NCBI GenBank assembly: GCA_963717215.1
Contig: CAVQVS010000013.1
Location: 229,073 to 293,072, forward strand
DNA length: 64,000 nucleotides
From: an uncultured Alphaproteobacteria bacterium
Lineage (GTDB): Bacteria; Pseudomonadota; Alphaproteobacteria; Rhizobiales; Beijerinckiaceae
Direction of reading: 5' to 3'
Shown in pieces: positions 28,705 to 38,225 of this stretch. The stretch's first letter is position 1; the number at the start of each line of letters is the position of its first letter. The notes under the pieces were generated by a model that was given only the letters and a program-made list of their open reading frames with translations, ran no database searches and had not been told where the DNA came from. The translations under genes and the position numbers were made by a program.

Positions 28705-29528
28705 GAAGGGGCTCCTGATCGAAGGACCTCGGCGCTCGACCTCGGCGGACCGGGCCAGAACGCGTTCACCCGCGCTTGGTAAACACGAAATGCGTCGCCC
28801 CGCGACCGAAGCATGTGGGCCTCCAGCGGAGGGATGCCTGAGACATAGACAAGCAACACATACATGAGGACGGGCGCCGTCAGGCCGAACCAACCCCATG
28901 GATAATGGCCACCAGGCGCGATCGCGATTAGCGCGAAGGCGACCCAGACGAGCCACTCAAAAAAATAATTTGGATGGCGAGAGTAACCCCAGAGACCCGC
29001 GTCGCAGATCCTGGACTTATTCCTGGGGTCTGCCCCGAAGCGAACCAGTTGCCTATCCGCAGCCCTTTCGCCAAAGATGGCAGCCGCCAAAAGCATGACG
29101 CAAAATGCGTCTCGAAGATCCGGCGCCGTATCCGGCCGATGAGCGGCCGCGGCGATCGAAAGAGCGAGAATGAGACCCGCCGCCGCCTGAACCTGGAGGA
29201 ATCCGAAAAGCCGCCCACTGGCTTTGTCGCCCCATTCAGTGCGCAACTGACGATAACGGGGGTCATCGCCTCCCCCCGTCGTGCGCCAAACAATATGGAA
29301 GCCGAGACGAAGCGACCACACGGCCGTCATGCCCGCGACAAGCAAAGGCCGTAAAGCCCCTGGCGACGCGGGCGCCAACGCGAGGACAATACCTGCAAGT
29401 CCCGTCGCGAAGGTCCAGATCGCGTCGATCCATCCCGAACGTCCCGTTCGCTCCGCCACCAACCAAGCGACGCCCATCGCGGCTGACAGAGCGAACGCAA
29501 CAATGAGCGCTTCGAAAGCAAAATTCAT
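28701..29528 (-). CDS. DUF1295 (steroid-5-alpha-reductase-like) membrane protein
   Basis: GLWGYSRHPNYFFEWLVW and multiple TM helices. ATGA overlap with the downstream methyltransferase gene. Confidence 0.8.
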   Translation of the reverse strand: MNFAFEALIVAFALSAAMGVAWLVAERTGRSGWIDAIWTFATGLAGIVLALAPASPGALRPLLVAGMTAVWSLRLGFHIVWRTTGGGDDPRYRQLRTEWGDKASGRLFGFLQVQAAAGLILALSIAAAAHRPDTAPDLRDAFCVMLLAAAIFGERAADRQLVRFGADPRNKSRICDAGLWGYSRHPNYFFEWLVWVAFALIAIAPGGHYPWGWFGLTAPVLMYVLLVYVSGIPPLEAHMLRSRGDAFRVYQARVNAFWPGPPRSSAEVLRSGAPS

Positions 29529-29561
29529 TGGCGACCTTCCAAGGAAGCCTGCGGTGGCGAT

Positions 29562-30221
29562 TCAGAACCCGACAAACGGACGCAGCCACCGACCAAGCCG
29601 GCTGTGGAGCCGGGTATCTCCGTCGAGCGCTGCGAGACAGATGCATTCCATGTCCGGGCCAACAACGGGCCGATGGTCGATGTCGTCGCCCGCCTCGTCG
29701 AAGTCTCCAGGGCCATAGGCGCCGCGATCGTCAAACAGCCACCCTTTCAGAATGAGAGTGAACTCCTCGCCCGTATGCCCGTGGGCAGGCAGTTGCAGGC
29801 CTGGTCGTCCCCGAAGAATCATGACCCTCGCATCGGGGCTTCCGGGCACGGTGATCCAACTCCATCGGAAGCCGGGTCCAAGCCATCGCCACGGGCCAAT
29901 TCCGCAGTCACGCAACGACGCAGGAAGCGCCATTCCGAGATCCGCTTGACGGAGCGGCCTCGCGACCGACGCCAGGGATATCGCCGCCGAGGGCGCCCGA
30001 TCGAGTTTTTCAAATGCTCGCCCAAGCGCATCGGCCCGCATCGGCTCTCGCGCCGCGCCCGCAAGGAAGAAGCCCCCGAGTCGCTCAAATTTTGAAACCC
30101 GCGTGCGGCAAGCGGGGCAAGATTCGAGATGCGCGGTGACGACAAGCGATGGTCCGGCGCTGAGAGAGCCCGCGGCGTAGCGCAGCAGGCTCTCGTCGCT
30201 CGGGTGCCGCTCATGCGTCAT
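29562..30221 (-). CDS. chrR: ChrR-type anti-sigma factor (zinc-binding N-domain plus cupin)
   Basis: HPSDESLLRYAAGSLSAGPSLVVTAHLESCPACR. C-terminal cupin with HGHTGEEFTLILKG. 4-nt overlap with the sigma gene. Confidence 0.85.
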   Translation of the reverse strand: MTHERHPSDESLLRYAAGSLSAGPSLVVTAHLESCPACRTRVSKFERLGGFFLAGAAREPMRADALGRAFEKLDRAPSAAISLASVARPLRQADLGMALPASLRDCGIGPWRWLGPGFRWSWITVPGSPDARVMILRGRPGLQLPAHGHTGEEFTLILKGWLFDDRGAYGPGDFDEAGDDIDHRPVVGPDMECICLAALDGDTRLHSRLGRWLRPFVGF

Positions 30222-30868
30222 ATCTGACCCTCCAGCAGGCCGCGCAGGCGCGCGAGCGCGAGGCGCACTCGCGATTTCACGGTGCCGAGAGGAATACCGA
30301 GTTCCTGGGCGATCTCCGCATGAGGTTTTTCGGCAAAGAATGAGAGGCGAACGATCTCAGCCTGGCTATCCGGAAGGGTGGCCATGGCCTTTCGCACCTG
30401 CTCAGCTGTCTCGGCTGCGATGGCGAGTTCCTCACTTGACCCGCAATCCTCCATCTCGTCGCTTGCGTCGAAGCGCGCCGTTGCGGCTCCCCGGTCCCGG
30501 CGCAGCCGATCGATGCGCTTGTTGCGAGCAATGGTGAAGATCCACGTGGAGACGCCAGCCCGACCTGGGTCGAAACGGTTGGCCTTGCGCCACACCGTCA
30601 GCAGGGTTTCTTGAGCCAGATCTTCCGCTAGGAACTCTGGGAGACCGTAGCGCATCAAAAACCCCTTCACCCGCGGAGCAAAGTGACCAAACAGCTCGGC
30701 GAAAGCGGCGCGATCGCTGTCCAAGGCAATTCTTCTCAACAACCCGCAGCACTCCTCCTCGGAGGGAACGCGATCGTTCCGATCCGCCGGTCTCAACGTG
30801 ACAATCCGCGCCGTACGCGGAACAGCGTTCCCAAGCTTCTCCTCGGATGGAACCCCTGCAAGAGCCAT
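30218..30868 (-). CDS. rpoE: ECF RNA polymerase sigma factor (RpoE of the ChrR-partnered group)
   Basis: AAFAELFGHFAPRVKGFLMRYG, TWIFTIARNKRIDRLR, LGIPLGTVKSRVRLA. The start is uncertain: ATG 30868 sits at the predicted transcription start. Confidence 0.85.
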   Translation of the reverse strand: MALAGVPSEEKLGNAVPRTARIVTLRPADRNDRVPSEEECCGLLRRIALDSDRAAFAELFGHFAPRVKGFLMRYGLPEFLAEDLAQETLLTVWRKANRFDPGRAGVSTWIFTIARNKRIDRLRRDRGAATARFDASDEMEDCGSSEELAIAAETAEQVRKAMATLPDSQAEIVRLSFFAEKPHAEIAQELGIPLGTVKSRVRLALARLRGLLEGQI

Positions 30869-30874
30869 GACCCT

Positions 30875-30902
30875 TCTACGAGACGAAACTCTGGCTGGAT
30901 CA
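30875..30902 (-). promoter_or_regulatory. Candidate sigma-E-type promoter TGATCC-N16-CGTAGA for rpoE-chrR
   Basis: Read on the minus strand. It mirrors the plus-strand copy 18 nt away. Confidence 0.5.
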
Positions 30903-30919
30903 TCCCGTACCAACAAGAG

Positions 30920-30947
30920 TGATCCAAAAAGCGGCGGTGCGCGTATC
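30920..30947 (+). promoter_or_regulatory. Candidate sigma-E-type promoter TGATCC-N16-CGTATC for the divergent FAD-oxidoreductase operon
   Basis: Read on the plus strand, about 55 nt upstream of the 31001 start. Confidence 0.5.
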
Positions 30948-31000
30948 TTATCCGGTTCTCGCAAGACTGGGGGCCAAGCCGATCAACCGCGGAGGGGGCC

Positions 31001-32356
31001 TTGTATAGCGGCGCGAAACTAGGATCGAGGAAGTTGGAGATCGCGGTTGTTGGAAGTGGAATATCGGGCCTTTCGGCGGCGTGGCTTTTGTCGAAGCGCC
31101 ATCGTGTCACCCTCTATGAAGCCTCCCCGCGGCTTGGCGGGCATAGCAATACGGTGGAAGTGGACGGCGTCGCCGTCGACACGGGGTTCATCGTCTACAA
31201 CGAAGCGACCTATCCGAATTTTTCGGCGCTGCTCGATCATCTGGTGGTCGCGACCAAACCCACAAATATGACTTTCGCCGTCTCGCTCGACGATGGCCGC
31301 CTGGAATATTCTGGAACTGGCCTCGCTGGCCTTTTTGCGCAACCGAGAAACGCTGTGAGCTTCAAATTCTGGGGGATGTTGCGTGACCTGTTGCGCTTCT
31401 ACCGTGAAGCGCCGTTCGCTGCCGGAGATATGGGCGATATTCCGCTCGACGCTTACCTCGACGCGCGCGGGTACGGGGCGGCGTTTCGGGAAGATCATCT
31501 CTACCCGATGGCGGCCGCTATTTGGTCGACGCCGGCAGCGACGGTCGGGGACTATCCAGCCCAAGCCTTCATCCGCTTCTGCGAGAACCACGGTCTCCTT
31601 AAGCTGGTCAACCGTCCCGTTTGGAGAACGTTGACGGACGGAAGCCGCGCCTATGTCGAGAAGCTGGCCAAAGCGATCCCCGAGATTCTAACGAGCGCGC
31701 CCATTTCATCTGTCCGACGTCATCCAGACTGCGTGGACGTTGTCTCTCCTGGAGGACAGGCCCGGCGTTTCGATCAGATCGTCCTAGCGACACACGCCGA
31801 TCAAGCGCTCGCGATGCTGACCGACCCGACCGCCGAGGAGCAACGGCTGCTGGGCGCTTTTGGCTATTGCACGAACGGCGCCGTGCTCCATTCGGACGCA
31901 ACTCTGATGCCTCGTCGACGTCGCGTGTGGTCCAGCTGGAATTATCTGTCGAGCGATCGTGGAAACAGCATAAGGTTGTCCGTCAGCTACTGGATGAACC
32001 ATCTTCAAGGTTTGCCAAACACGAGACCGATGTTTTTGACTCTGAATGCGCACCGGAACGTCCGTGAGGATTCGATCCTCTATGCGACCGACTACACGCA
32101 TCCGATCTTCAACGCGCGCGCCATGAACGCACAAAAGCGTCTTTGGTCGCTTCAAGGCGAACGGAACACATGGTTCTGCGGCGCCTATTTCGGGGCTGGT
32201 TTTCATGAAGATGGATTGCAGGCGGGCCTTGCGGTCGCCGAGGCGCTCGGCGGCTGCCGAAGACCCTGGGTTGTCGCGAATGAGTCGAACCGCATCTTCA
32301 TAAATAGGCGCACAGTCGATGACACTCGGGCGACGGCCTGCCTCGAGGCCGTATAA
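31001..32356 (+). CDS. NAD/FAD-binding amine-oxidase-like oxidoreductase (UfaD-like)
   Basis: IAVVGSGISGLSAAWLL dinucleotide fold...LYEASPRLGGH. First gene of the oxidoreductase-DUF1365-CFA operon. Confidence 0.8.
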   Translation: MYSGAKLGSRKLEIAVVGSGISGLSAAWLLSKRHRVTLYEASPRLGGHSNTVEVDGVAVDTGFIVYNEATYPNFSALLDHLVVATKPTNMTFAVSLDDGRLEYSGTGLAGLFAQPRNAVSFKFWGMLRDLLRFYREAPFAAGDMGDIPLDAYLDARGYGAAFREDHLYPMAAAIWSTPAATVGDYPAQAFIRFCENHGLLKLVNRPVWRTLTDGSRAYVEKLAKAIPEILTSAPISSVRRHPDCVDVVSPGGQARRFDQIVLATHADQALAMLTDPTAEEQRLLGAFGYCTNGAVLHSDATLMPRRRRVWSSWNYLSSDRGNSIRLSVSYWMNHLQGLPNTRPMFLTLNAHRNVREDSILYATDYTHPIFNARAMNAQKRLWSLQGERNTWFCGAYFGAGFHEDGLQAGLAVAEALGGCRRPWVVANESNRIFINRRTVDDTRATACLEAV

Positions 32357-33177
32357 TGGCGTCTTTCCGCTCCGCCCTCTTTGCCGGTCACGTCGTGCAT
32401 CAGCGAACACGGCCCAAGCGGCATCGCCTCCAATACAGCGTCTTTTATCTGACTCTCGATCTGGAAGAGGCGGCTGCTGTCGGGGGAGCTTTGCGATTAT
32501 TCTCCGTAAACCGCTTCAATGTTTTCAGCTTCCATGAGCGGGATCACGGAGATGGATCGAGTTTGCCCCTTCTAGAGCAAATTCGGGCAAAACTGCGCAC
32601 TGCGGAGCTCGAAGCCAACGGCGCAATTGTCCTTATGACGATGCCGCGCATGCTCGGCTACGCCTTCAATCCGTTGAGCCTCTATTTTTGCTATCGCAAG
32701 GATGGGGCGTTGGGGGCAATTCTCTACGAAGTGAACAACACTTTCGGACAACGACACAGCTATCTCATCGCGGCAACCCCTGACGCCGATGGGCTTGTCC
32801 GTCAGGAGAGCGCCAAATCGCTCTACGTGTCGCCGTTCCTCGATACGGAGATGAGCTATGCATTTGTGGTGGCGCCGCCAAAAGAACGTGTCGCGCTCTC
32901 GATAATTGCTCGGGACAAGGAAGGGCCAGTCCTCCTCGCGAGACTGTCCGGCGAGCGTATTCCGCTCGCGGATAGGACGCTGCTGCGCGCTCTCCTGACA
33001 TATCCGTTTCTTACACTGAAAGTTGTCGCAGCTATCTACTGGGAGGCAATGCGGCTCTGGCTCAAGGGCGTTCGTCCCACCGCGCGCCCAGCGCAGCTCA
33101 CCGGCCGAACGACGATTGGCCGTGCGTCGCAGCCTGGCGCGGCTCTGACCGAGGATGTGAGCCATGTCGTCTCCTGA
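32356..33177 (+). CDS. DUF1365 protein (UfaO-like)
   Basis: SALFAGHVVHQRTRPKRHRLQYSVFYLTLDL...FSFHERDHG; the start abuts the upstream stop. Confidence 0.85.
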   Translation: MASFRSALFAGHVVHQRTRPKRHRLQYSVFYLTLDLEEAAAVGGALRLFSVNRFNVFSFHERDHGDGSSLPLLEQIRAKLRTAELEANGAIVLMTMPRMLGYAFNPLSLYFCYRKDGALGAILYEVNNTFGQRHSYLIAATPDADGLVRQESAKSLYVSPFLDTEMSYAFVVAPPKERVALSIIARDKEGPVLLARLSGERIPLADRTLLRALLTYPFLTLKVVAAIYWEAMRLWLKGVRPTARPAQLTGRTTIGRASQPGAALTEDVSHVVS

Positions 33178-34387
33178 TCGGACCGTCGGCGCTGTAAGAA
33201 TCGAGCGCGGCCCCTTCCTAGAAGGCTTGGTCCGACGCTTCCTTGCGCGCGTGGACACCGGCGACTTGACGGTGGAGCTTCCTTCCGGCGCTCGGTTGAC
33301 CCACAAAGGCGCTAAACCAGGTCCGCAGGCGTTTCTCGCAATCCATCGCTGGCGAGCGATCCGGCGGCTGATTTTGCTCGGCGATGTCGGTTTCGCAGAG
33401 AGCTACATATCAGGCGACTGGTCGAGCAGGGATCTACCCACATTCATCGAACTCGCGGCGAGGAATGTCGAACCATTAGAAGCGAAAATCAATGGAAGTT
33501 TCGCAACGCGTTTGATTGCCCGCTTGCGTCTTCTCGCACACACCAATACGCGGACCGGCAGCCTCAAGAATATCGCGTTTCACTACGATCTGGGGAACGC
33601 CTTTTACAAATGCTGGCTAGACGCGAATATGAGTTATTCGTCGGCTCTCTATGCCGGAGCTTTCGACACGCTCGAAGACGCGCAGGCCAGGAAAATCAGG
33701 CGCATCGCCGAGCTTCTGGACATCGACGGTGATCACGAGGTCCTTGAGATCGGATGCGGTTGGGGGGCGCTGGCGATCTCTCTCGCCCGGCGATGTCGAA
33801 GCGTGAAAGGCGTCACCTTATCCGCGGAGCAGCTGACCTATGCGAGTGGTCGCGTCCGCGAGAATGGTCTCGAGGAGAAGGTCAAGCTTGAGCTCCGCGA
33901 CTACCGCGATATCGGCGGCTCCTTCGACCGCATCGTCTCGATCGAGATGGTCGAGGCGGTCGGTGAGGCATTCTGGCCTGACTATTTCCGGGCGCTGCAC
34001 GATCGCCTCCGGCCGGGTGGAGCCGTGGTGCTCCAGGCCATTACGATCGACGAGAGCCGATTCGAATCCTATCGCCGGTCACCGGACTTTATCCAGCGCC
34101 ACGTCTTTCCAGGAGGCATGCTTCCGACCAGAAGCGCGATCGTGCGGGAGGCGGAAAGAGCGGGGCTCGCGTTTTCATTCTCCGAGCGTTTCGGCGAAAG
34201 TTACGCGCGAACGCTTTCGGAATGGCGGCGGCGATTCTTGGCTGCGCGGAAAACGGTTGGAACCATGGGCTTTTCCGAAGAGTTCCAGCGAATGTGGGAC
34301 TACTACCTGAGCTATTCAGAAGGCGCTTTCCGAGCTGGTGTCATCGACGTCGGATTTTATGGATTCCGGCGCTCCGCCGCACAATGA
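33164..34387 (+). CDS. Cyclopropane-fatty-acyl-phospholipid-synthase-family SAM methyltransferase
   Basis: NIAFHYDLGNAFY, VLEIGCGWGALAISLA, SIEMVEAVG, MWDYYLSYSEGAF. Confidence 0.85.
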   Translation: MSSPDRTVGAVRIERGPFLEGLVRRFLARVDTGDLTVELPSGARLTHKGAKPGPQAFLAIHRWRAIRRLILLGDVGFAESYISGDWSSRDLPTFIELAARNVEPLEAKINGSFATRLIARLRLLAHTNTRTGSLKNIAFHYDLGNAFYKCWLDANMSYSSALYAGAFDTLEDAQARKIRRIAELLDIDGDHEVLEIGCGWGALAISLARRCRSVKGVTLSAEQLTYASGRVRENGLEEKVKLELRDYRDIGGSFDRIVSIEMVEAVGEAFWPDYFRALHDRLRPGGAVVLQAITIDESRFESYRRSPDFIQRHVFPGGMLPTRSAIVREAERAGLAFSFSERFGESYARTLSEWRRRFLAARKTVGTMGFSEEFQRMWDYYLSYSEGAFRAGVIDVGFYGFRRSAAQ

Positions 34388-34971
34388 TCCTGCGACATCC
34401 TGCGCGCAAGGGTCGCGTCGCGTAGCGTGGACTTGTCCATGAGCCGCGTCAGCGTCGCGGGCTGGCTCCCTTTCTGCGGTTGATCGGAGCTAGCGGATTC
34501 GGCTGCGCCGGCCAGACCGCGGTGGCGTTTCATAAAGCCGCTCAGCCGTTTCGGTTGTGGTTTGCAGCCGCAGGTTTGGAGCGTCACGCCGGCGGGTCGA
34601 TCGCCTTTCGCCTATTGGACCCTCTCCCAGCCCGAGTGAGCAGATCTTCCGATTTTGCCGACGCGGCTATGTCGTCATCGAGTCACCTGGATCCGCTCTA
34701 TGCCGACCTGGACATCCGCCGCTGCCAATTCGGCAGTACGAAAAATGTAAGTTCTTATCGAGACGAACGAGACCTTTGAGACGCTTGGGCGCCAGGAGGG
34801 CTCGGCTTAGGAAGACCATTAGCAAGTCACAGCGGTGAGACGTTTGAAGGGCCCTCAAACGAGGACCAATTCAACTCATGGGAACCTGTAGCGTTCAGGT
34901 GCGTTTACACCCGTGCTAATAGTCCAACCCATTTGACACCGACGTCTAACAGAGCGCTTTCGGGAGCTGCG

Positions 34972-36543
34972 ATGCGGATGATCGAAGCTTGTCGTTCCGC
35001 GATTGCGGCAGTTTTGATGGTGTGCTCGACGGCCGCAATCTCTCGAGCCGCCGATGAACCTAGTCCGCCGGATCCGGCGATGGTCCAAAGAGGCGCGTAC
35101 CTCGCCCGGGCGGGAGATTGCGAAGCCTGTCACACGAAGCCCGGCGGCTCGCCTTACTCCGGAGGCGTGGCGCTGGACTCGCCCTTCGGCCCCCTCTATC
35201 CGCCCAATATCACGCCTGACTCAATTCACGGCATTGGCGCTTGGTCCGACGACGAGTTCTATCGTGCAATGCACGAGGGGGTCGGGCGTCACGGCGAATA
35301 TCTCTATCCCGCCTTCCCCTACCAGTGGTTCACGAAGGTGACGCGGGACGACGTGCTGGCGATCCGGGCCTTCCTGAAGACGGTCCCGCCGTCGAGCGAA
35401 CCGTCTAAGCCCAATCGGCTGATGTTTCCGTTCGACATCCGCGCAGGCCTCGGCCCTTGGGATGCGCTTTATCTCCACCCTGGCGAGTTCAAGCCGGATC
35501 CGTCGAAGTCGGACGCGTGGAACCGCGGAGCCTATCTCGTCGAAGGCCTTGGCCATTGCGGCGATTGCCACACACCGAAGGGATTGGCGATGGAGCCTGA
35601 AAACTCGAAAGCTTTTTCAGGCGGCTCGATCGACCACTGGTATGCGCCGAACATAACCTCCGACCCGGCGGAGGGAATTGGGCGCTGGTCCGAAGGGGAT
35701 CTGGTTAAATATTTCAAGACAGGCACAGACCCCGGAAACGGCGTCGTGGTCGGACCCATGGCGCAGGTGGTGCATGACAGTCTGGCCCATCTTACCGACA
35801 GCGACCTTCAGGCGATCGCAGCTTACGTGAAGTCAATTCCGCCCCTCAAAAGCTACAAGCCCGACCGGCCCAGCGGCGAAGTCGGGCCTCATGCTTCGGG
35901 TGAGAACATCTATATTCAACATTGCAGCTTCTGCCATCAGTTGGACGGCCGGGGCAGGCCGGACGCCGTGCCAGCGCTCGCGGGCAATGGCGCAGTCAAG
36001 GCCAAGGGTCCGGAGGACGTCGTCCGCGTGATCCTCGGCGGCCATCTGGCAACTGGAACCTTCGCCCCAATGCCTGCGGTTGGGGCCGGGTTGACGGACC
36101 AGGAGATCGCCGACGTGACCGACTACGTGCGCAACGCGTGGTCCAACGAGGCCCCGGTGATAGAAAAGACCGGCCTCGTGGGCGACATTCGCGCGAAAAC
36201 GGTCAGCGGGCTCGCAGGACCTGGGACCCACGAAGAGAACAATGACCCTTGCCTGATCCGACCGGATTCGACACCCGTTCCGTCGATCGAAGACTCCCAG
36301 ATCAATAAAACGCTCACCGCGATGACCCCCGAAACAATGCTCCCGACTATTCCATCACTGATCGCCCGCGTGAAGGAGATTTCTCCGAACAAACCGCAGG
36401 CGGACATCATCAACGGTCTGATGCTCGCCTATTGCCGCATCGAAGCCCAAACCCCTGCGTTTTCCAAACCCCACGGGCGTGAAGATCTCACTCGGTTCGG
36501 ACAGCTCGTTTACAGCGAACTCGCCTCGAAGGGGCACGAGTGA
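34972..36543 (+). CDS. Membrane-anchored tri-haem cytochrome c (dehydrogenase cytochrome-c-subunit family) with an extra C-terminal region of about 110 aa
   Basis: Three CxxCH motifs (CEACH, CGDCH, CSFCH). N-terminal signal/anchor MRMIEACRSAIAAVLMVCSTAAIS. Confidence 0.8.
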   Translation: MRMIEACRSAIAAVLMVCSTAAISRAADEPSPPDPAMVQRGAYLARAGDCEACHTKPGGSPYSGGVALDSPFGPLYPPNITPDSIHGIGAWSDDEFYRAMHEGVGRHGEYLYPAFPYQWFTKVTRDDVLAIRAFLKTVPPSSEPSKPNRLMFPFDIRAGLGPWDALYLHPGEFKPDPSKSDAWNRGAYLVEGLGHCGDCHTPKGLAMEPENSKAFSGGSIDHWYAPNITSDPAEGIGRWSEGDLVKYFKTGTDPGNGVVVGPMAQVVHDSLAHLTDSDLQAIAAYVKSIPPLKSYKPDRPSGEVGPHASGENIYIQHCSFCHQLDGRGRPDAVPALAGNGAVKAKGPEDVVRVILGGHLATGTFAPMPAVGAGLTDQEIADVTDYVRNAWSNEAPVIEKTGLVGDIRAKTVSGLAGPGTHEENNDPCLIRPDSTPVPSIEDSQINKTLTAMTPETMLPTIPSLIARVKEISPNKPQADIINGLMLAYCRIEAQTPAFSKPHGREDLTRFGQLVYSELASKGHE

Positions 36544-36546
36544 GGC

Positions 36547-37401
36547 ATGGCGGATGGAGAGGGGAGCTCGCCGTCAGGATCGTTTGATGAATCCGAGCAT
36601 CTAGACCCGTCGCAGAAGGACCAGGCCGCGCAGCACGCCGCTCCCCCTGCGGTCGTCATTCACGAAATCCTCCGCAAAGAGGGCGAAGAAGAACTCAGCC
36701 GAGGCCGGGGCGCGGTCTTCTGGTCGGGTCTGGCTGCCGGCTTGTCCATGGGGTTTTCGTTTCTCGCGCTGGCGCTTATCCAGTGCCAACTTCCAGAGGG
36801 GCCCTCGCGCCACCTGATCGCCAGCGCGGGCTATTCGCTAGGCTTCGTCATCGTTGTTCTCGGACGGCAGGAGCTCTTTACCGAAAGCACGCTGACCGCG
36901 GTGCTCCCTTTGCTCGTGAAGCGCGACTGGAGAACATGGCAGTCTCTGCTTAGGTTCTGGGCAGTGGTGCTCGCCGCCAATCTCCTGGGCACGCTGATCT
37001 TCGCGGGTCTCCTCGCAATCAACGGTCTGTTCAACGATGACGTGCGGACCGCGTTGCGCGAGATCGGCCGGGAGGCCGTAAGCGGCCCGTTCTGGCCGAC
37101 CGCGATCAAAGCCATTTTCGCCGGCTGGTTGATTGCCCTCATGATCTGGCTATTGCCAAGCGCGCGGTCGGCCCGCCTCTTCGTGATCCTGCTTCTGACC
37201 TACGTCGTCGCAATCGGCCATTTTTCCCACGTGATCGCCGGGTCGGTCGAAGCGTTCTTCGCTGTCTTTACCGGCGACGCGTCGGTTTATGACTACGTGG
37301 CGGGTTTCTTTATCCCCACGATCCTAGGGAACACGATCGGCGGCGTAGCGCTCGTAGCGCTGCTCAACCATGCGCCGCTGGCGCCGGAATTACGGGATTG
37401 A
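36547..37401 (+). CDS. Formate/nitrite transporter (FNT) family channel
   Basis: Six TM helices; YSLGFVIVVLGRQELFTESTL and GNTIGG motifs. It starts 3 nt after the cytochrome stop. Confidence 0.8.
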   Translation: MADGEGSSPSGSFDESEHLDPSQKDQAAQHAAPPAVVIHEILRKEGEEELSRGRGAVFWSGLAAGLSMGFSFLALALIQCQLPEGPSRHLIASAGYSLGFVIVVLGRQELFTESTLTAVLPLLVKRDWRTWQSLLRFWAVVLAANLLGTLIFAGLLAINGLFNDDVRTALREIGREAVSGPFWPTAIKAIFAGWLIALMIWLLPSARSARLFVILLLTYVVAIGHFSHVIAGSVEAFFAVFTGDASVYDYVAGFFIPTILGNTIGGVALVALLNHAPLAPELRD

Positions 37402-37458
37402 GGAGCGGTCTCAATGGCCGCCCCAATGTGGCGCGGCGGCGCTGACTGCGCATTTTCG

Positions 37459-37959
37459 TTAGCCAACGCGCTTATACTCAGCCTTCGGAACAATTTCGCC
37501 GTTGACGGGATCGTGGACGGACGCGCCCTCGGTTTTCAGCTCATCGGCCGTCAGCGAAGCGATCTTGCTCACCCGCTCCACGCCGTCCCAGCCAGGAAAC
37601 GAGCACCGATCGATTTTTAGTTTGATTGTCATGGTCGGCTCTTCGACCGTATACGTTCCAAAGTAGCCGATCGACTGTCCGACCGGCATGCGGGGGGTCT
37701 TCGAAGCGGTCTTATCGCGATTGGCCGCGATGATCTGTATCGAGAAATGGCCGCCCGCTGTGTACACGGCGAGGCCTTGGACGCCTTCGCCCCAGACGTA
37801 ATACTCCGACCCGTCTTTGCCCCGGTCATAAATGTCGGTAAGGCTCCAAGCGCCGACAAGCCTGTCTTTCAGCGACTTCGCCTGCGCACGGCTTTGCGCC
37901 GGGAAGGCTAAACTCACCGCCACAGTCGTTGTGCCCAAGAGAACGTCGCGTCGATCCAT
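37459..37959 (-). CDS. Lipocalin-like-domain secreted protein
   Basis: Tat-like leader MDRRDVLLGTTTVAVSLAFPAQSRA. LVGAWSLTDIYDRGKDG...GYFGTYTV. Confidence 0.6.
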   Translation of the reverse strand: MDRRDVLLGTTTVAVSLAFPAQSRAQAKSLKDRLVGAWSLTDIYDRGKDGSEYYVWGEGVQGLAVYTAGGHFSIQIIAANRDKTASKTPRMPVGQSIGYFGTYTVEEPTMTIKLKIDRCSFPGWDGVERVSKIASLTADELKTEGASVHDPVNGEIVPKAEYKRVG

Positions 37960-38225
37960 TCTGCCCTCCTCGTTTCCCCCCGGGAGGCTGATCGCCTCGT
38001 CGATCTCGAGGCTACGGCGCAAAACCCGGTTCGACCTACCAGTCCCTTAAGCGAAGGGCGAGAAGCAGCGGTCCACCCTCGCCCCCGCCTCACGGTCATA
38101 TTCTCGACAACGCCGCCATTTCGGGTGGCTGGCGGCCCCATAGATCGAGAAGATTTTGGACATCGTGTCTTTACTTTGCGACCGTGCGGTTCGGGTGTCA
38201 AACCGTGCTTCCGCTCCCGTCAACG

